Shown: piece by piece, positions 29,293 to 42,197 of the stretch
Layout of the letters: every line of letters begins with the position of its first letter
How positions within the stretch are numbered: position 1 is the first letter of the stretch
From: Eledone cirrhosa
Lineage: Eukaryota
Reading direction: 5' to 3'
Assembly: GCA_964016885.1 (NCBI GenBank)
Contig: OZ024740.1
Coordinates: 19,592,001 to 19,656,000 of the forward strand
DNA length: 64,000 bases
The notes under the pieces: model-generated
Seen by the model: only the letters and a program-made list of their open reading frames with translations
Database searches by the model: none
Told to the model about the DNA's origin: nothing
Made by a program: the position numbers and the translations under genes

Positions 29293-30470
29293 TAAACGGA
29301 AAAAATGAAACGATATTTCATTTCCCACTCTTAGTACGGCTGTTACTTAAATAAAAGTATGTACACGCACGTACATACATATATGTATACCGACGTACAG
29401 TAGTATGTATATATATATACATACATGCACACACATATATATGCACGTATGGATTCACCGAACATTTATTATAATGCTCGGTGTATTTGTAAACAAACAT
29501 CCCGTATTAAGCCGTAGTGTCTAGCAACCACCGTTGCTCGTTTGTTCAACACTGACAAAGGAACGCTGTACTAGTTTCAAGCTTGTTAGCTATCGTCATC
29601 AACGTATACCTTACTGCCAGATTGTTGAACATATATACTTACCTTATGCATATTAACGGCTGAGTAGCCCAATTTGCATATCGAGTGGGTTAATCGGCCG
29701 GGTGCACCGAAAACGATAAACGGAAAAAATGAAACGATATTTCATTTCCCAGCCGTTAATATGCATAAGGTAAGTATATATGTTCAACAATCTGGCAGGA
29801 AGGTATACGTTGCTGACGATAGCTAACAAGCTTGAAACTAGTACAGCGTTCCTTTGTCAGTGTTGAACAAACGAGCAACGGTGGTTGCTAGACACTACGG
29901 CTTAATACGGGATGTTTGTTTACAAACACACCGAGCATTATAATAAATGTTCAGTGAATCCATACGTGCATATATATATGTGTGCATGTATGTATATATA
30001 TATACATACTACTGTACGTCGGTATACATATATGTATGTACGTGTACATAGTTATATTTAAGTAACAGCCGTACTAAGAGTGGGAAATGAAATATCGTTT
30101 CATTTTTTCCGTTTGTCGTTTTCGGTGCACCCGGCCGATTAACCCACTCGATATGCAAATTGGGCTACTCAGCTGTTAATATGCATAAGGTAAGTATATA
30201 TGTTCAACAATCTGGCAGGAAGGTATACGTTGCTGGTGATAGCTAATAAGCTTGAAACTAGTACAGCATTCCTTTGTGAGTGTTGAACAAACGAGCAACG
30301 ATGGTTGCTGGACACTACGGCTTCATACGGGATGTTTGTTTACAAACACACCGAGCATTATAATAAATGTTCGGTGAATCCATACGTACATATATATATG
30401 TGTGCATGTATGTATATATATATACATACTACTGCACGTCTGTATACATATATGTATGTACGTGTACATA

Positions 30471-30475
<5 letters not shown>
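29293..30475. mobile_element. Family A cassette (inverted copy plus 420-nt tandem units)
   Basis: HHRs at 29564-29604 (-, core mutated ATGACGA), 29808-29848 (+, intact) and 30228-30268 (+, CTGGTGA); direct copies are 420 bp apart. Confidence 0.8.
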
Positions 30476-30523
<48 letters not shown>

Positions 30524-30530
<7 letters not shown>

Positions 30531-31821
30531 ATATTTAGAAACACACAGATACATGCGGGCACACACATATAAACATGAATGCATCCGCACCCAACTGTGA
30601 ATTAAGGGTGCCAACTTCACCGATGTTGCTCAATGAATGACTGGGACAGACCAATTCAGTTGAACTAGACTGAACCAGTATCAGAGTTAAAAATACATTA
30701 TGAAGAGAGAAGAAACATTTAGATATAATTAGTAATAAAATGTATCATACCTAAACTGCTCCTAAATTCCTCGACTACGTAGTTTCGTGGCATAAACAAA
30801 AACAATATATCATAAAGATATAGAGTCCTTGCGAGGTCTGCCGACTTATCAAGAGGATACCTCATTTTACTAGTCTCAAGAACGCGTCTACACGACGTGA
30901 GAAAGAATCCCAAAAGGCGGAGGGGGAGATAGTCACGCGATATAACGGTCGAGAAACTGAGCTAAGCCTTTCTCGACCGTTATATCGCGTGACTATCTCC
31001 CCCTCCGCCTTTTGGGATTCTTTCTCACGTCGTGTAGACGCGTTCTTGAGACTAGTAAAATGAGGTATCCTCTTGATAAGTCGGCAGACCTCGCAAGGAC
31101 TCTATATCTTTATGATATATTGTTTTTGTTTATGCCACGAAACTACGTAGTCGAGGAATTTAGGAGCAGTTTAGGTATGATACATTTTATTACTAATTAT
31201 ATCTAAATGTTTCTTCTCTCTTCATAATGTATTTTTAACTCTGATACTGGTTCAGTCTAGTTCAACTGAATTGGTCTGTCCCAGTCATTCATTGAGCAAC
31301 ATCGGTGAAGTTGGCACCCTTAACTCATAGTTGGGTGCGGATGCATTCATGTATATATGTGTGTGTCCGCATGTATCTGTGTGTTTCTAAATATATTGTT
31401 AATAACTCCCTCTGGTCGAGCAATCTTTGAAGTGTGGGGACAGCTGGAAAGCTTCCATTACTCATACTTCTCGCCTTCTTCACCACCTCTTCTACGGCCT
31501 CGATATAAATACCCCCTCCGCCTCCGTGGTATTTTCTTCGGGGTTATAAGAGGCTTAGCTCTGTTTCTTGACCGTTATATCGTGTGACTATCTCCCCCTC
31601 CGCCTTTTGGGATTCTTTCTCACGTCGTGTAGACGCGTTCTCGAGACTAGTAAAATGAGGTATCCTCTTGATAAGTCGGCAGACCTCGCAAGGACTCTAT
31701 ATCTTTATGATATATTGTTTTTGTTTATGCCACGAAACTACGTAGTCGAGGAATTTAGGAGCAGTTTAGGTATGATACATTTTATTACTAATTATATCTA
31801 AATGTTTCTTCTCTCTTCATA

Positions 31822-31826
<5 letters not shown>
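30524..31826. mobile_element. Family B cassette, duplicate of 27970-29272
   Basis: Near-identical at offset 2554 bp. Confidence 0.8.
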
Positions 31827-31878
<52 letters not shown>

Positions 31879-31883
<5 letters not shown>

Positions 31884-33060
31884 GGAAAAAATGAAACGAT
31901 ATTTCATTTCCCACTCTTAGTACGGCTGTTACTTAAATAAAAGTATGTACACGCACGTACATACATATATGTATACCGACGTACAGTAGTATGTATATAT
32001 ATATACATACATGCACACACATATATATGCACGTATGGATTCACCGAACATTTATTATAATGCTCGGTGTATTTGTAAACAAACATCCCGTATTAAGCCG
32101 TAGTGTCTAGCAACCACCGTTGCTCGTTTGTTCAACACTGACAAAGGAACGCTGTACTAGTTTCAAGCTTGTTAGCTATCGTCAGCAACGTATACCTTCC
32201 TGCCAGATTGTTGAACATATATACTTACCTTATGCATATTAACGGCTGAGTAGCCCAATTTGCATATCGAGTGGGTTAATCGGCCGGGTGCACCGAAAAC
32301 GATAAACGGAAAAAATGAAACGATATTTCATTTCCCAGCCGTTAATATGCATAAGGTAAGTATATATGTTCAACAATCTGGCAGGAAGGTATACGTTGCT
32401 GACGATAGCTAACAAGCTTGAAACTAGTACAGCGTTCCTTTGTCAGTGTTGAACAAACGAGCAACGGTGGTTGCTAGACACTACGGCTTAATACGGGATG
32501 TTTGTTTACAAACACACCGAGCATTATAATAAATGTTCAGTGAATCCATACGTGCATATATATATGTGTGCATGTATGTATATATATATACATACTACTG
32601 TACGTCGGTATACATATATGTATGTACGTGTACATACTTATATTTAAGTAACAGCCGTACTAAGAGTGGGAAATGAAATATCGTTTCATTTTTTCCGTTT
32701 GTCGTTTTCGGTGCACCCGGCCGATTAACCCACTCGATATGCAAATTGGGCTACTCAGCTGTTAATATGCATAAGGTAAGTATATATGTTCAACAATCTG
32801 GCAGGAAGGTATACGTTGCTGACGATAGCTAACAAGCTTGAAACTAGTACAGCGTTCCTTTGTCAGTGTTGAACAAACGAGCAACGGTGGTTGCTAGACA
32901 CTACGGCTTAATACAGGATGTTTGTTTACAAACACACCGAGCATTATAATAAATGTTCGGTGAATCCATACGTGCATATATATATGTGCGCATGTATGTA
33001 TATATATATACATACTACTGTACGTCGGTATACATATATGTATGTACGTGTACATACTTA
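31879..33060. mobile_element. Family A cassette with three intact-core HHRs
   Basis: HHRs at 32150-32190 (-), 32394-32434 (+) and 32814-32854 (+). Confidence 0.8.
32394..32434 (+). ncRNA. Type I hammerhead ribozyme (family A)
   Basis: CGTTG-CTGACGA-TAGCT-AACA-AGCTT-GAAA-CTAG-TA/CAGCG: palindromic stem III ACTAGT, GUA triplet. Stem I extends via GGAA:TTCC, CTGGCA:TGTCAG and GTTCAACA:TGTTGAAC. Confidence 0.88.
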
Positions 33061-33091
33061 TATGTATATATATATATATATTTATTAAATA

Positions 33092-33167
33092 ACAGATTAA
33101 AGTTTAAGCAAAGAATCGCTGCTTTCACCCTTAACGGGATCTTCTGAAACTAACAAAGTCAATCTGT
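33092..33167 (-). ncRNA. Type I hammerhead in PLE pseudo-LTR, CAGAAGA core (second copy 36353-36428)
   Basis: AGTTT-CAGAAGA-TCCC GTTAA GGGT-GAAA-GCA..TGC-TT/AAACT, with distal stem ACAGATTGA:TTAATCTGT. Confidence 0.7.
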
Positions 33168-34090
33168 AAACGCAGAAGTGGATATTTCAAAAAACGTTGC
33201 ATCCGGGGGAAGACAGGAAGTCGATACTTTAGTTCGTCGAATCGTTCCCTGGCAAAGAACGGGAAAAAACAAATATAATATGTCATTAATAAGAGCGGTG
33301 AAAAACAATTACGTGCAAAGACAGAACCACGTTTATGGTATAAAAGAGGTCGTAGACTAATGTTCTCTTGGGTGGTTCATAGAGACGTTCACTGGCAATG
33401 AACGAAAAAAACGAAGATATTACTTCATATGTGGAGCGTGGAGAACAATTGCACGCAAAGACAAAACCACGTAAATGGTATAGCAGAAGTCATAGACTAA
33501 AATTCTAACTAGGAGACCGAATGAATCTCCGCTTCAGAGTTAAGAACAAAGTAAATAAATACAATACAGAAGTAATAGAAATTAAATAAATAAATACATA
33601 CACGCATACAAGTACGTACATACACAAGCATACGCGAAAACACTTCCCATAGGTATACAAAACCACTCACATATAAATATGTGTGTGTGTATGCGTGTAT
33701 ACAAATAAATAAATAATTAAATAAACGTATATAAATAAATAAATACGTATATAACAAGCGCACACACATACCTACATGTAAACACACAAATGTTCGGACA
33801 CGTAAATCAACCAAAACATGAAGTACACATATACACACACCCTACACACGTACGAACCTGCATACTCACACAGACGCAAAACTCCCGTATACACAACCAA
33901 ACCACATGTACCAGAATATATAAAATTATACGCCATAACATATACAATCAAATATACGTACGAGAAGGTATACGTACCTTCACAAAACATACAGGTAATA
34001 TATACTTACCTATGCAAATAAGTAATGGTATAAACAAAACATATACTTAGCTACCACATCCTGACGTAAAATATCCACGTATAGATCGTA

Positions 34091-36219
34091 CTATCCGTTA
34101 GGGTATAACGTGGGGCTGTAATACAGGAAAGTTTTGTGCAATTTATGTTTACAAGCCGAAATTGCCTCAGATTTTTTGTTTAAGGTGTAGTCTGTGGCGT
34201 AGAGTATTTTCAGGGCCTCAGCGGCGCAGAGGTCACATGGTCTTTTATTTCCGTTATACGATCTAGCCCTAGCTAGGATCTCCCAGTGTAACTTATATTG
34301 GGTGTGGTTGTCTTTTAGACTCCAGACACAAGCTGAAAGTGACGTCATATTCCTTCTTAGAGGGTAACGAAAAGAATGGGTATGCATGTAAAGACGCTGC
34401 TTGAATCTATTGGCGGTTAACCCTATGTAGGCCCTACGGGACGTGGGTGTTTCAACCTTACATTTGTAGACAATGTTACTAGAGAGGCATTTCCCGGATT
34501 GGGGCAATCAACCCGATTCCTACAATTACAGTTAGTACTAACTACAGGGTTGCACGTGTTCCTACGGCTAGGTAGTTTAGCTAAATTTGAAGCTGAGATG
34601 TTATTTGCAAGGTTAGGAGTCGTAGAGTATGAAATTTTAATAGTATGTCCATTAAAAATTTTACTATATTTATGTGTAGGGGAAAATGCTTCGTAATAAG
34701 GGAAAGAAAGATCTTAGCTAATGGTGTGGCCACTTCCATATTATATGGTGGGTTATACCAACAAATGCGACGGGATCTATTTCTTCTAGGTCTATTTTCG
34801 TACTCTGTATATGCTACCCTATCGACAAATCCACTCCGAGGAAGAGCTTCATTGTAATAAGTGGAATGGTCGTTGAAAATATGCTCGTTGGTAGATAGAC
34901 GGGAAAGCCTCAACGAAACGTTTCTTACCAGGTTCTTGGATATGCTGGCAGGATGGTTGGAATGCTTACTTATGTAATTAAGCGTATCATTCAGCTTTCT
35001 ATCCGGGTAATACAACCCATTCAATAAATTGAGGGTAAGGTCGAGGTAATTAACGACCGAGAGATTGGCCTCAACCCGTATAGAGAGGTTGAAGCCTTTA
35101 AAGAAGGCTGTGAGTTCTTTTCTGAACCTGTCGCAAGCACGAGGTCCGCACTTAGTCATGGTCAAAAGACCATCATCACGGTACAAACCACCGCCCGCGT
35201 TGGGGAATTCGTCCTTGATAGAGAAAAGAAGGAAAAGGCCGATAAGATCAGTAACCTCCGCAGAATCGCTGGCGTCCATACTCACGTCGAATGGGGTAAT
35301 ATTGGATTTTTTAATCCAAATAGAGTCGTCGAAATTAATCACCGACTTACGGACATTGAGGATGACATCAACTTCGAAATCCTTAACCACTGTGAGTGTT
35401 TTAGCGAAATTGATAGCTCTAAGGAGAAGTGGTAAAGTGATGGAGGAGTAGTAATTGTTGATGTCGAATTGGATAAAACGGCAATGTTCCTTGTTACATA
35501 TGCCGTTGAACCAATCAGTCACCGCGAAAGAATTGTTCCACAGTGCAAGAGGGGCCAAACTTCTAATTTCAGGTATAATTATATCAAGAATCGTTTTACT
35601 AAGTCCACCTAAATCGGACTTCGTAGGGTTAATAAGCCGAATAGAGCGGTTGTTCGGAAAATTGGATTTGTGATCCTTCAGGGTAAAGTGGGGGAGAAAT
35701 AGGGTCCAGAGGTTCGGTCCGGTCCAGGATGTTGAGATCAGATGTGATTTTAAACCCAGCATCGTTGATTTCATTGATGATGCACCGATTAGTTTTACGG
35801 TAATCCTTAGTTACAGCATTATGTAGTAGTTGTTGGTAAGTACTGCGCTCCACTTGATATAGGTTGCCAGTTTTGTCGGAATGGACGTGCACGGCATTAG
35901 AATCCTTAATAGAACGAATTCTATTCTACAGATCCAGCTGGAAGGAATTGCTTCTATTCCGAAATTTGATACTCCGTATGAGTTCCAAGACATCATTTTC
36001 GAAGGGTAGCAATGATGGGTTACACCGGGGCTTATTATAGGTTTTAAACCCAAATTTATCCTGTTTGTTGTCTGCTTTTCGCGGATTATCGAAATAAAAG
36101 GCACGCCAACGCAACCTTTTAATGAACGCGTCTGTTTTCTGTATCAGGAGTTTTAGGTATGTTTTCCTGCTTGGTACGAGTATGTTCTTTGTAGAAATAT
36201 TCAGATGGTGTTTCTGCAT
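34091..36219 (-). pseudogene. PLE RT + C-terminal GIY-YIG endonuclease ORF (one TAG, two frameshifts)
   Basis: N-terminal STKNI..PS/FIKRLRWRA; RT motifs FTLKDHK, RLINP, FDINNYYSSI, GLYRDDGL; linker CNCR..CP..GKCL; IVY..YIG; CDLC..E..LNKKSE..CKH. Stop at 35926; frameshifts near 35692 and 34680. Confidence 0.92.
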
Positions 36220-37680
36220 GATGAATATAAGTCAACCGAGGGAGCCAAATAGTAATAATAATAAATTTGAAGACTAAAATCCAAAGAGGGCTCGATAAGG
36301 ATAAATATATATCAAATATATAAGAACCGTAGAGCAAATATTTATTAAAATAACAGATTAAAGTTTAAGCAAAGAATCGCTGCTTTCACTCTTAACGGGA
36401 TCTTCTGAAACTAACAAAGTCAATCTGTAAACGCAGAAGTGGATATTTCAAAAAACGTTGCATCCGGAGGAAGACAGGAAGTCGATACTTTAGTTCGTGG
36501 AATCGTTCCCTGGCAAAGAACGGGAAAAAACGAATATAATACATCATTAATAGGAGCGGTGAAAAACAATTACGTGCAAAGACAGAACCACGTTTATGGT
36601 ATAAAAGAGGTCGTACACTAATGTTCTCTTAGGTGGTTCATAGAGACGTTCTCTGGCAATGAACGAAAAAAACGAAGATAATACGTCATATGTGGAGCGT
36701 GGAGAACAATTGCACGCAAAGACAAAACCACGTAAACGGTATAGCAGAAGTCGTAGACTAAAATTCTAACTAGGAGACCGAATGAATCTCCGCTTCAGAG
36801 TTAAGAACAAAGTAAATAAATACAATACAGAAGTAATAGAAATTAAATAAATAAATACATACACGCATATAAATACGTACATACACAAGCATACGCGAAA
36901 ACACTTCCCATAGGTATACAAAACCACGCACATATAAATATGTGTGTGTGTATGCGTGTATACAAATAAATAAATAATTAAATAAACATATATAAATAAA
37001 TAAATACGTATATAACAAGCGCACACACATACCTACATGTAAATACACAAATGTTCGGACACGTAAGTCAACCAAAACATGAAGTACACATATACACACA
37101 CCCTACATACGTACGAACCTGCATACTCACACAGACGCAAAACTCCTGTATACACATAACCAAACCACATGTACCAGAATATATAAAAAATTATACGCCA
37201 TAACATATACAATCAAATATACGTCCGAGAAGGTATACGTACCTTCACAAAACATACAGGTAATATATACTTACCTATGCAAATAAGTAATGGTATAAAC
37301 AAAACATATACTTAGCTACCACATCCTGACGTAAAATATCCACGTATAGATCGTACTATCCGTTAGGGTATAACGTGGGGCTGTAATACAGGAAAGTTTT
37401 GTGCAATTTATGTTTACAAGCCGAAATTGCCTCAGATTTTTTGTTTAAGATGTGGTCTGTGGCGTAGAGTATTTCCAGGGCCTCAGCGGCGCAGAGGTCA
37501 CATGGTCTTTTATTTCCGTTATACGATCTAGCCCTAGCTAGGATCTCCCAGTGTAACTTATATTGGGTGTGGTTGTCTTTTAGACTCCAGATACAAGCTG
37601 AAAGTGACGTCATATTCCTTCTTAGAGGGTAACGAAAAGAATGGGTATGCATGTAAAGACGCTGCTTGAATCTATTGGCG

Positions 37681-39124
37681 CTTTGCTACAAAAACAAAAG
37701 TATTTACATCAATCATAAGAAACCTCTTGTATGCAGATGATTGCGATCTTGTAGCGCACACAGAGAGTGATATGCAGCATATTTTGAATGCATTTTCTGA
37801 TGCTTGCACTGACCTAGGATTGACTGTCAGTCTCAAGAAAACCGTCGTCATGTACCAACCTGCCCCTGGTAAGCAGTACAGTGAACCAAATATCTATGTG
37901 TATGGTAAACGACTTGGAGTGGTTGATCAGTTTGTCTACCTGAGAAGCACTGTCAATCGATACAGCAACCTTGATAATGAAATTCCACTCAGGATTAGGA
38001 AAGCAAGTGATGCTTTCGGAAGACTAGAAAGGCGCTTCTGGGGTCGGCGAGACATATGCAAGAAGACAAAGGTAAAAGTGTACAAGGCATCTGTGCTCTC
38101 TTCTCTTTTTTATGTCTGCGAGATCTGGGTCACATATCGACACCACCTTAAACAATTGGAGCGTTTCCATCAGATGTGTCTCAGATGGATCCATGGCGTT
38201 CACTGGAGGGACTACATCAGTGATATGAAGATTTTGGAAATCTCTCTGTGTGACAGTATAGAGGCTCTTGTACTTAAGCAAAGACTCCGTTGGAGTGGTC
38301 ACCTTGCCAGGATGAAGGATTCTAGAATACCAAAACAACTCTTTTATGGAGAGTTAGTTAAAGGAAAACGACCGCCACATAAAACAAAAAAAGAGGTATA
38401 AGGATTCGTTGAAAGCCTTCTTTGAAAGACGCTAACATCTCTGCTGATACATGGGAAAATGTTGCTGCTGATCGTAATAAATTGAGAAAGACTGTATATG
38501 AGGGGAAAGTTGCCTTTGAAGCATCTCGAATCGCATACGAGAAAGTAAAGCGGGATGTGAGGAAGGGCATTGCTGTTGCATTTCCAGACAGCGAGGGTCC
38601 TCCTATGACGCTGAAATGCAGCGTCTGTGCTGGACTCGAAAGTCATCTTCGCAGTCATAAAGTAAGACCAGTGGTTGACTACCAGGCTGCTGTTGGAGAT
38701 GCTACTCATCATACTTGCAAAGCATGTGGTAGAGAATGTAAATCAGCAGGAGGGCTCAAACGACATGTAAAAATACATGAATCCCAACCACAGCCGGCTA
38801 TTCCCAATGAATGTTTTGGTTGCCAACTCTGTGAAAGACATTTTAGATCATTGGCTGGGCTAAAAAGTCACAATCGATCGCAGCACTGTTAATTGTTATC
38901 GCGTGTGTTGGGGGGGGGGGCGTGTGTGTGTGTGTATATATACTATTATTGCCGAGGTTAACTTTGCCTTTCATCCTTACGGGGTCGATAAAATAAAGTA
39001 CCAGTAATGTACTGGGTAATTGATGGCCTTGTGCCAAAAGTAGAAACAATTATTATTAATGGCGTTATTATTATTATTTTTTTCGTGCAATGGCCATACT
39101 CGATAGCGAGTGGGCAGCCATCAT
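37681..39124 (+). mobile_element. 5'-truncated RTE-clade LINE (RT C-terminus, three C2H2 fingers, 3' stem-loop, (GTAT)-type tail)
   Basis: LYADD, LTVSLKKT and RLRWSGHLARM..RIPKQLFYGEL motifs; CxxC..H..H fingers; 3' ACTCG-ATAG-CGAGT hairpin; SINE inserted in the 3' UTR. Confidence 0.9.
38945..39058 (+). mobile_element. SINE 3' fragment inside the RTE 3' UTR
   Basis: Same family as 20967-21174 and 52600-52886. Confidence 0.75.
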
Positions 39125-39677
39125 GAATCTATGTATATATGTATGTATCTATGTATATATATTATATATATAAGATATATAAGCCCCGCGGAGGTGCCAA
39201 CCTTTTAAGTCACATGACATTAGATATTCATCTATATAATATATATGTATGTGTGTATGTGTGTGTGTTCATACATAGATACATAATATATATATTACAT
39301 ATATACATAGATACATACATACACAGATACATAACATATATATATTACATACATACATACACAGATACATAACATATATATTACATACATACATACACAG
39401 ATACATAACATATATATTACATACATACACAGTTACATAATATATATATTACATACATACATACACAGATACATAACATATATATTACATACATACATAC
39501 ACAGATACATAATACAAACATTAGATACATACATACATGCATACATATATACACAGATACATACATATAAACATACATACATACACAGTTATATAATACA
39601 TACGCACATACATACATACATACATACATACATACATACATACATACATACATACATACATACATACATGCATATAC

Positions 39678-40402
39678 AATACAGGAACAAGAACTCCCTA
39701 CCAAATATCTGCTGCACAAAAGAGGAGGGCCAGCAGCTGACAATAAATGTAGGCTATGTAAAACAAAGATCGAGGATGTAAGCCACATTGTTGCCAGCTG
39801 CGAAAGAATGTCATCTCGCTACTACCTCCCCATGAGACACGATGGGATAGCTAGAACCATCTGGAACGCACTTCGGAAAACAAAATGAACAACAAACGAG
39901 GAAGAATATATTGAGACAGATGGCACTAAGGAATACTGGTGGAACCTGAAAATAAAAACTGCCACCAAATTAAAGCACAACCGGTCTGATATTGTTGTTT
40001 GGGACCACACATTGAAAACGTGTTCTGTTGTGGAGATCAGCTGCCCACTTGATGTAAACGTTGTCAGAAAAATACAGGAGAAGGAGGACATCTACGGACC
40101 ATTGATGAGGAGTTTACAAATCCAGTATCCAAAATACACCTTTAGCTTCATACCCATCATTATTGGAGCTACGGGTTATATACCAACCCGCTTGGATCAA
40201 TGTATAACGGAACTTGGATTTGCGGACAAAGAGCGCAGCTACCTAATTCATAGTCTACAAATGGCTGCAATAGCTGGCACCTTCCAAATTTGCAAAACAT
40301 TCTTGCGATTCAAGGGATGACAGTTTCTTTTCTTTTACAACCTTGCCACCAGGAAGGTGGCCGGTCAAAAAAAATATACTCGAAATTAAGAGAAAGAGAT
40401 AA
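39678..40402 (+). mobile_element. R4/Dong-like RLE non-LTR retrotransposon 3' fragment in (CATA)n
   Basis: QEQEL, CRLC..E..HI..SC, RHD, HNRSDIV..D, EISCP, IPIIIGATG. Its 3' end is repeated at 42767-42950. Confidence 0.85.
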
Positions 40403-40408
40403 CATATA

Positions 40409-42157
40409 CGATCTGAAACTCTATGCCAAGAACATGGATGGGATGAAGAAAAATCTTGACCTGGTCACAACGTTCTCAAAGGATATAGGAATGGAGATTG
40501 GCCAAGATAAATGCTCATACATGACTGTAAAGCATGGAAAAACAACAACCCAATCTAGCAACATTCTCATCAATGGCCTAACTGTTTCACCGATATCTGA
40601 TGAGGACTGCTACAGATACCTGGGGATAGATGAGAACATATCCTATAATGGTGTCTGTAATAAATAACGCGTAACCAAGGAATACTACACCCGATTAAGA
40701 AAGATCTGGTCATCGGAACTCTCTGCGCAAAACAAAACTGTGGCTCACAATGTGTTTGCTGTGCCTGTCCTAACACCAACGTTTGGAATACTCAATTGGA
40801 CGATAGAGGAAATCCGAGCAGTTGATGTTGGAACTCGAAAAATACTAAACAACAGTGACATAGACCGCCTTTACTTGAAACGTAAGCAGGGAGGCAGAGG
40901 CCTAACATCAGTCCTGACAACATTTGAATGTTGCATCTTATCTCTCCGACAACATCTACGAACCTCGAAGCGTAGGAGCCCGTTTCTCGAGCAAGTCTAT
41001 CTGCATGAAACAGATAAGATCATGAGAGTTGGGAAGGAACTCCTCGAGAGATATTCCCTGTGTGATAATCAAAAACTCACACCCAGGGATGTCGCTAAGC
41101 AGTATCGCAGTGAATCCATGGATGAAAAACTGCATGCTTATCAGCAAAATATCATGTATGGATATGTTGCCAGGAAGCTCCAGAGTAAGAGTAATATAGA
41201 TAAGGAAAGTAATCTATCTTGGACCAACAACCGCTATATTGGCTCCCACTTTGAAGGATACGCTTTTGCAATCCAAGAACAGGAAATTAACACGAAATAC
41301 TAGATTCACAAAAGAGATAGGGATACAGGCAAAACACCTAGATGTGATAACAAGTGCAGACTCTGCAGAACTAACATCGAGGATATCACCCATGTCATCA
41401 GCAGCTGTCCTAAGATGTCATCGCGGTACTATCTACCTATGAGGCATGATGTAGTGGCCAAAACACTGTACAATGCAGTTCGTAAAAAAGATAGCCCCGA
41501 TAATAAACACATTAAAAGCTACAGCAATGTGGAAGACATCCATGTACATAATATGAAAGAGTACTGGTGGAATGTTCCAGTAAAAACCCCAATAAAATGC
41601 AGGCATAACAGACCAGATATTATGATATGGGACAGGGAGAAGAAAGCATACACTGTAGTGGAAGTTAGCTGCCCAGCAGATGCCAATATAATATCAAAGG
41701 AAAATATTTATGCAGAACTGATGAGAAATCTGCAGATACTCTACCCTGATTACACCTTCAGATTTACACCTGTGATTATTGGGGCACTGGGGTATGTTAG
41801 TAACTGCCTCAATACAAATCTTGAGAAGCTAGGCTTCACAGGAACAGAAAGGATACAACTAGTTAGGAAATTACAAGTACAATCCATTAATTGAACAGTA
41901 AAAATATGTAAAACATTCCAAAGATTCTGCATCTAATAACTGCATATACACATGTACAGATACAAAGCATATACACATGCACACATACAACTCAGAACAT
42001 ACACATCCACACATACAATAACATCCATATCTACACATGCATACATACATATCTACCTAGTTGATGTGTAAATTCCAATGAGAGAGTCCTGTGTCTATGT
42101 TAGAAACAGACTCTCTCTCTATTGGTAAAACTTTGTGAAATTATAAAACCAGAAGAA
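40409..42157 (+). mobile_element. Second R4/Dong-like element (RT end, CCHC, RLE), decayed, ending in (CATA)n
   Basis: DLKLYAK, YRYLG, RLYLKRKQGGRGL, AIQEQEI, CRLC, RHD, HNRPDI, EVSCP, PVIIGALG. Confidence 0.88.
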
Positions 42158-42163
42158 CATACA

Positions 42164-42197
<34 letters not shown>

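Larger units (their letters stand above)
33081..37680 (-). mobile_element. Penelope-like element (Naiad-type), partial tandem with pseudo-LTRs
   Basis: 33081-34415 is repeated at 36341-37680 around the ORF; the element ends in AATAAA directly before (TA)n. Confidence 0.92.

Noticed and set aside
34091-36219. Selenocysteine recoding, as described for some Naiad PLEs
   Set aside because: The only in-frame stop seen is TAG, Cys motifs use normal Cys codons, and no SECIS was evident by eye.
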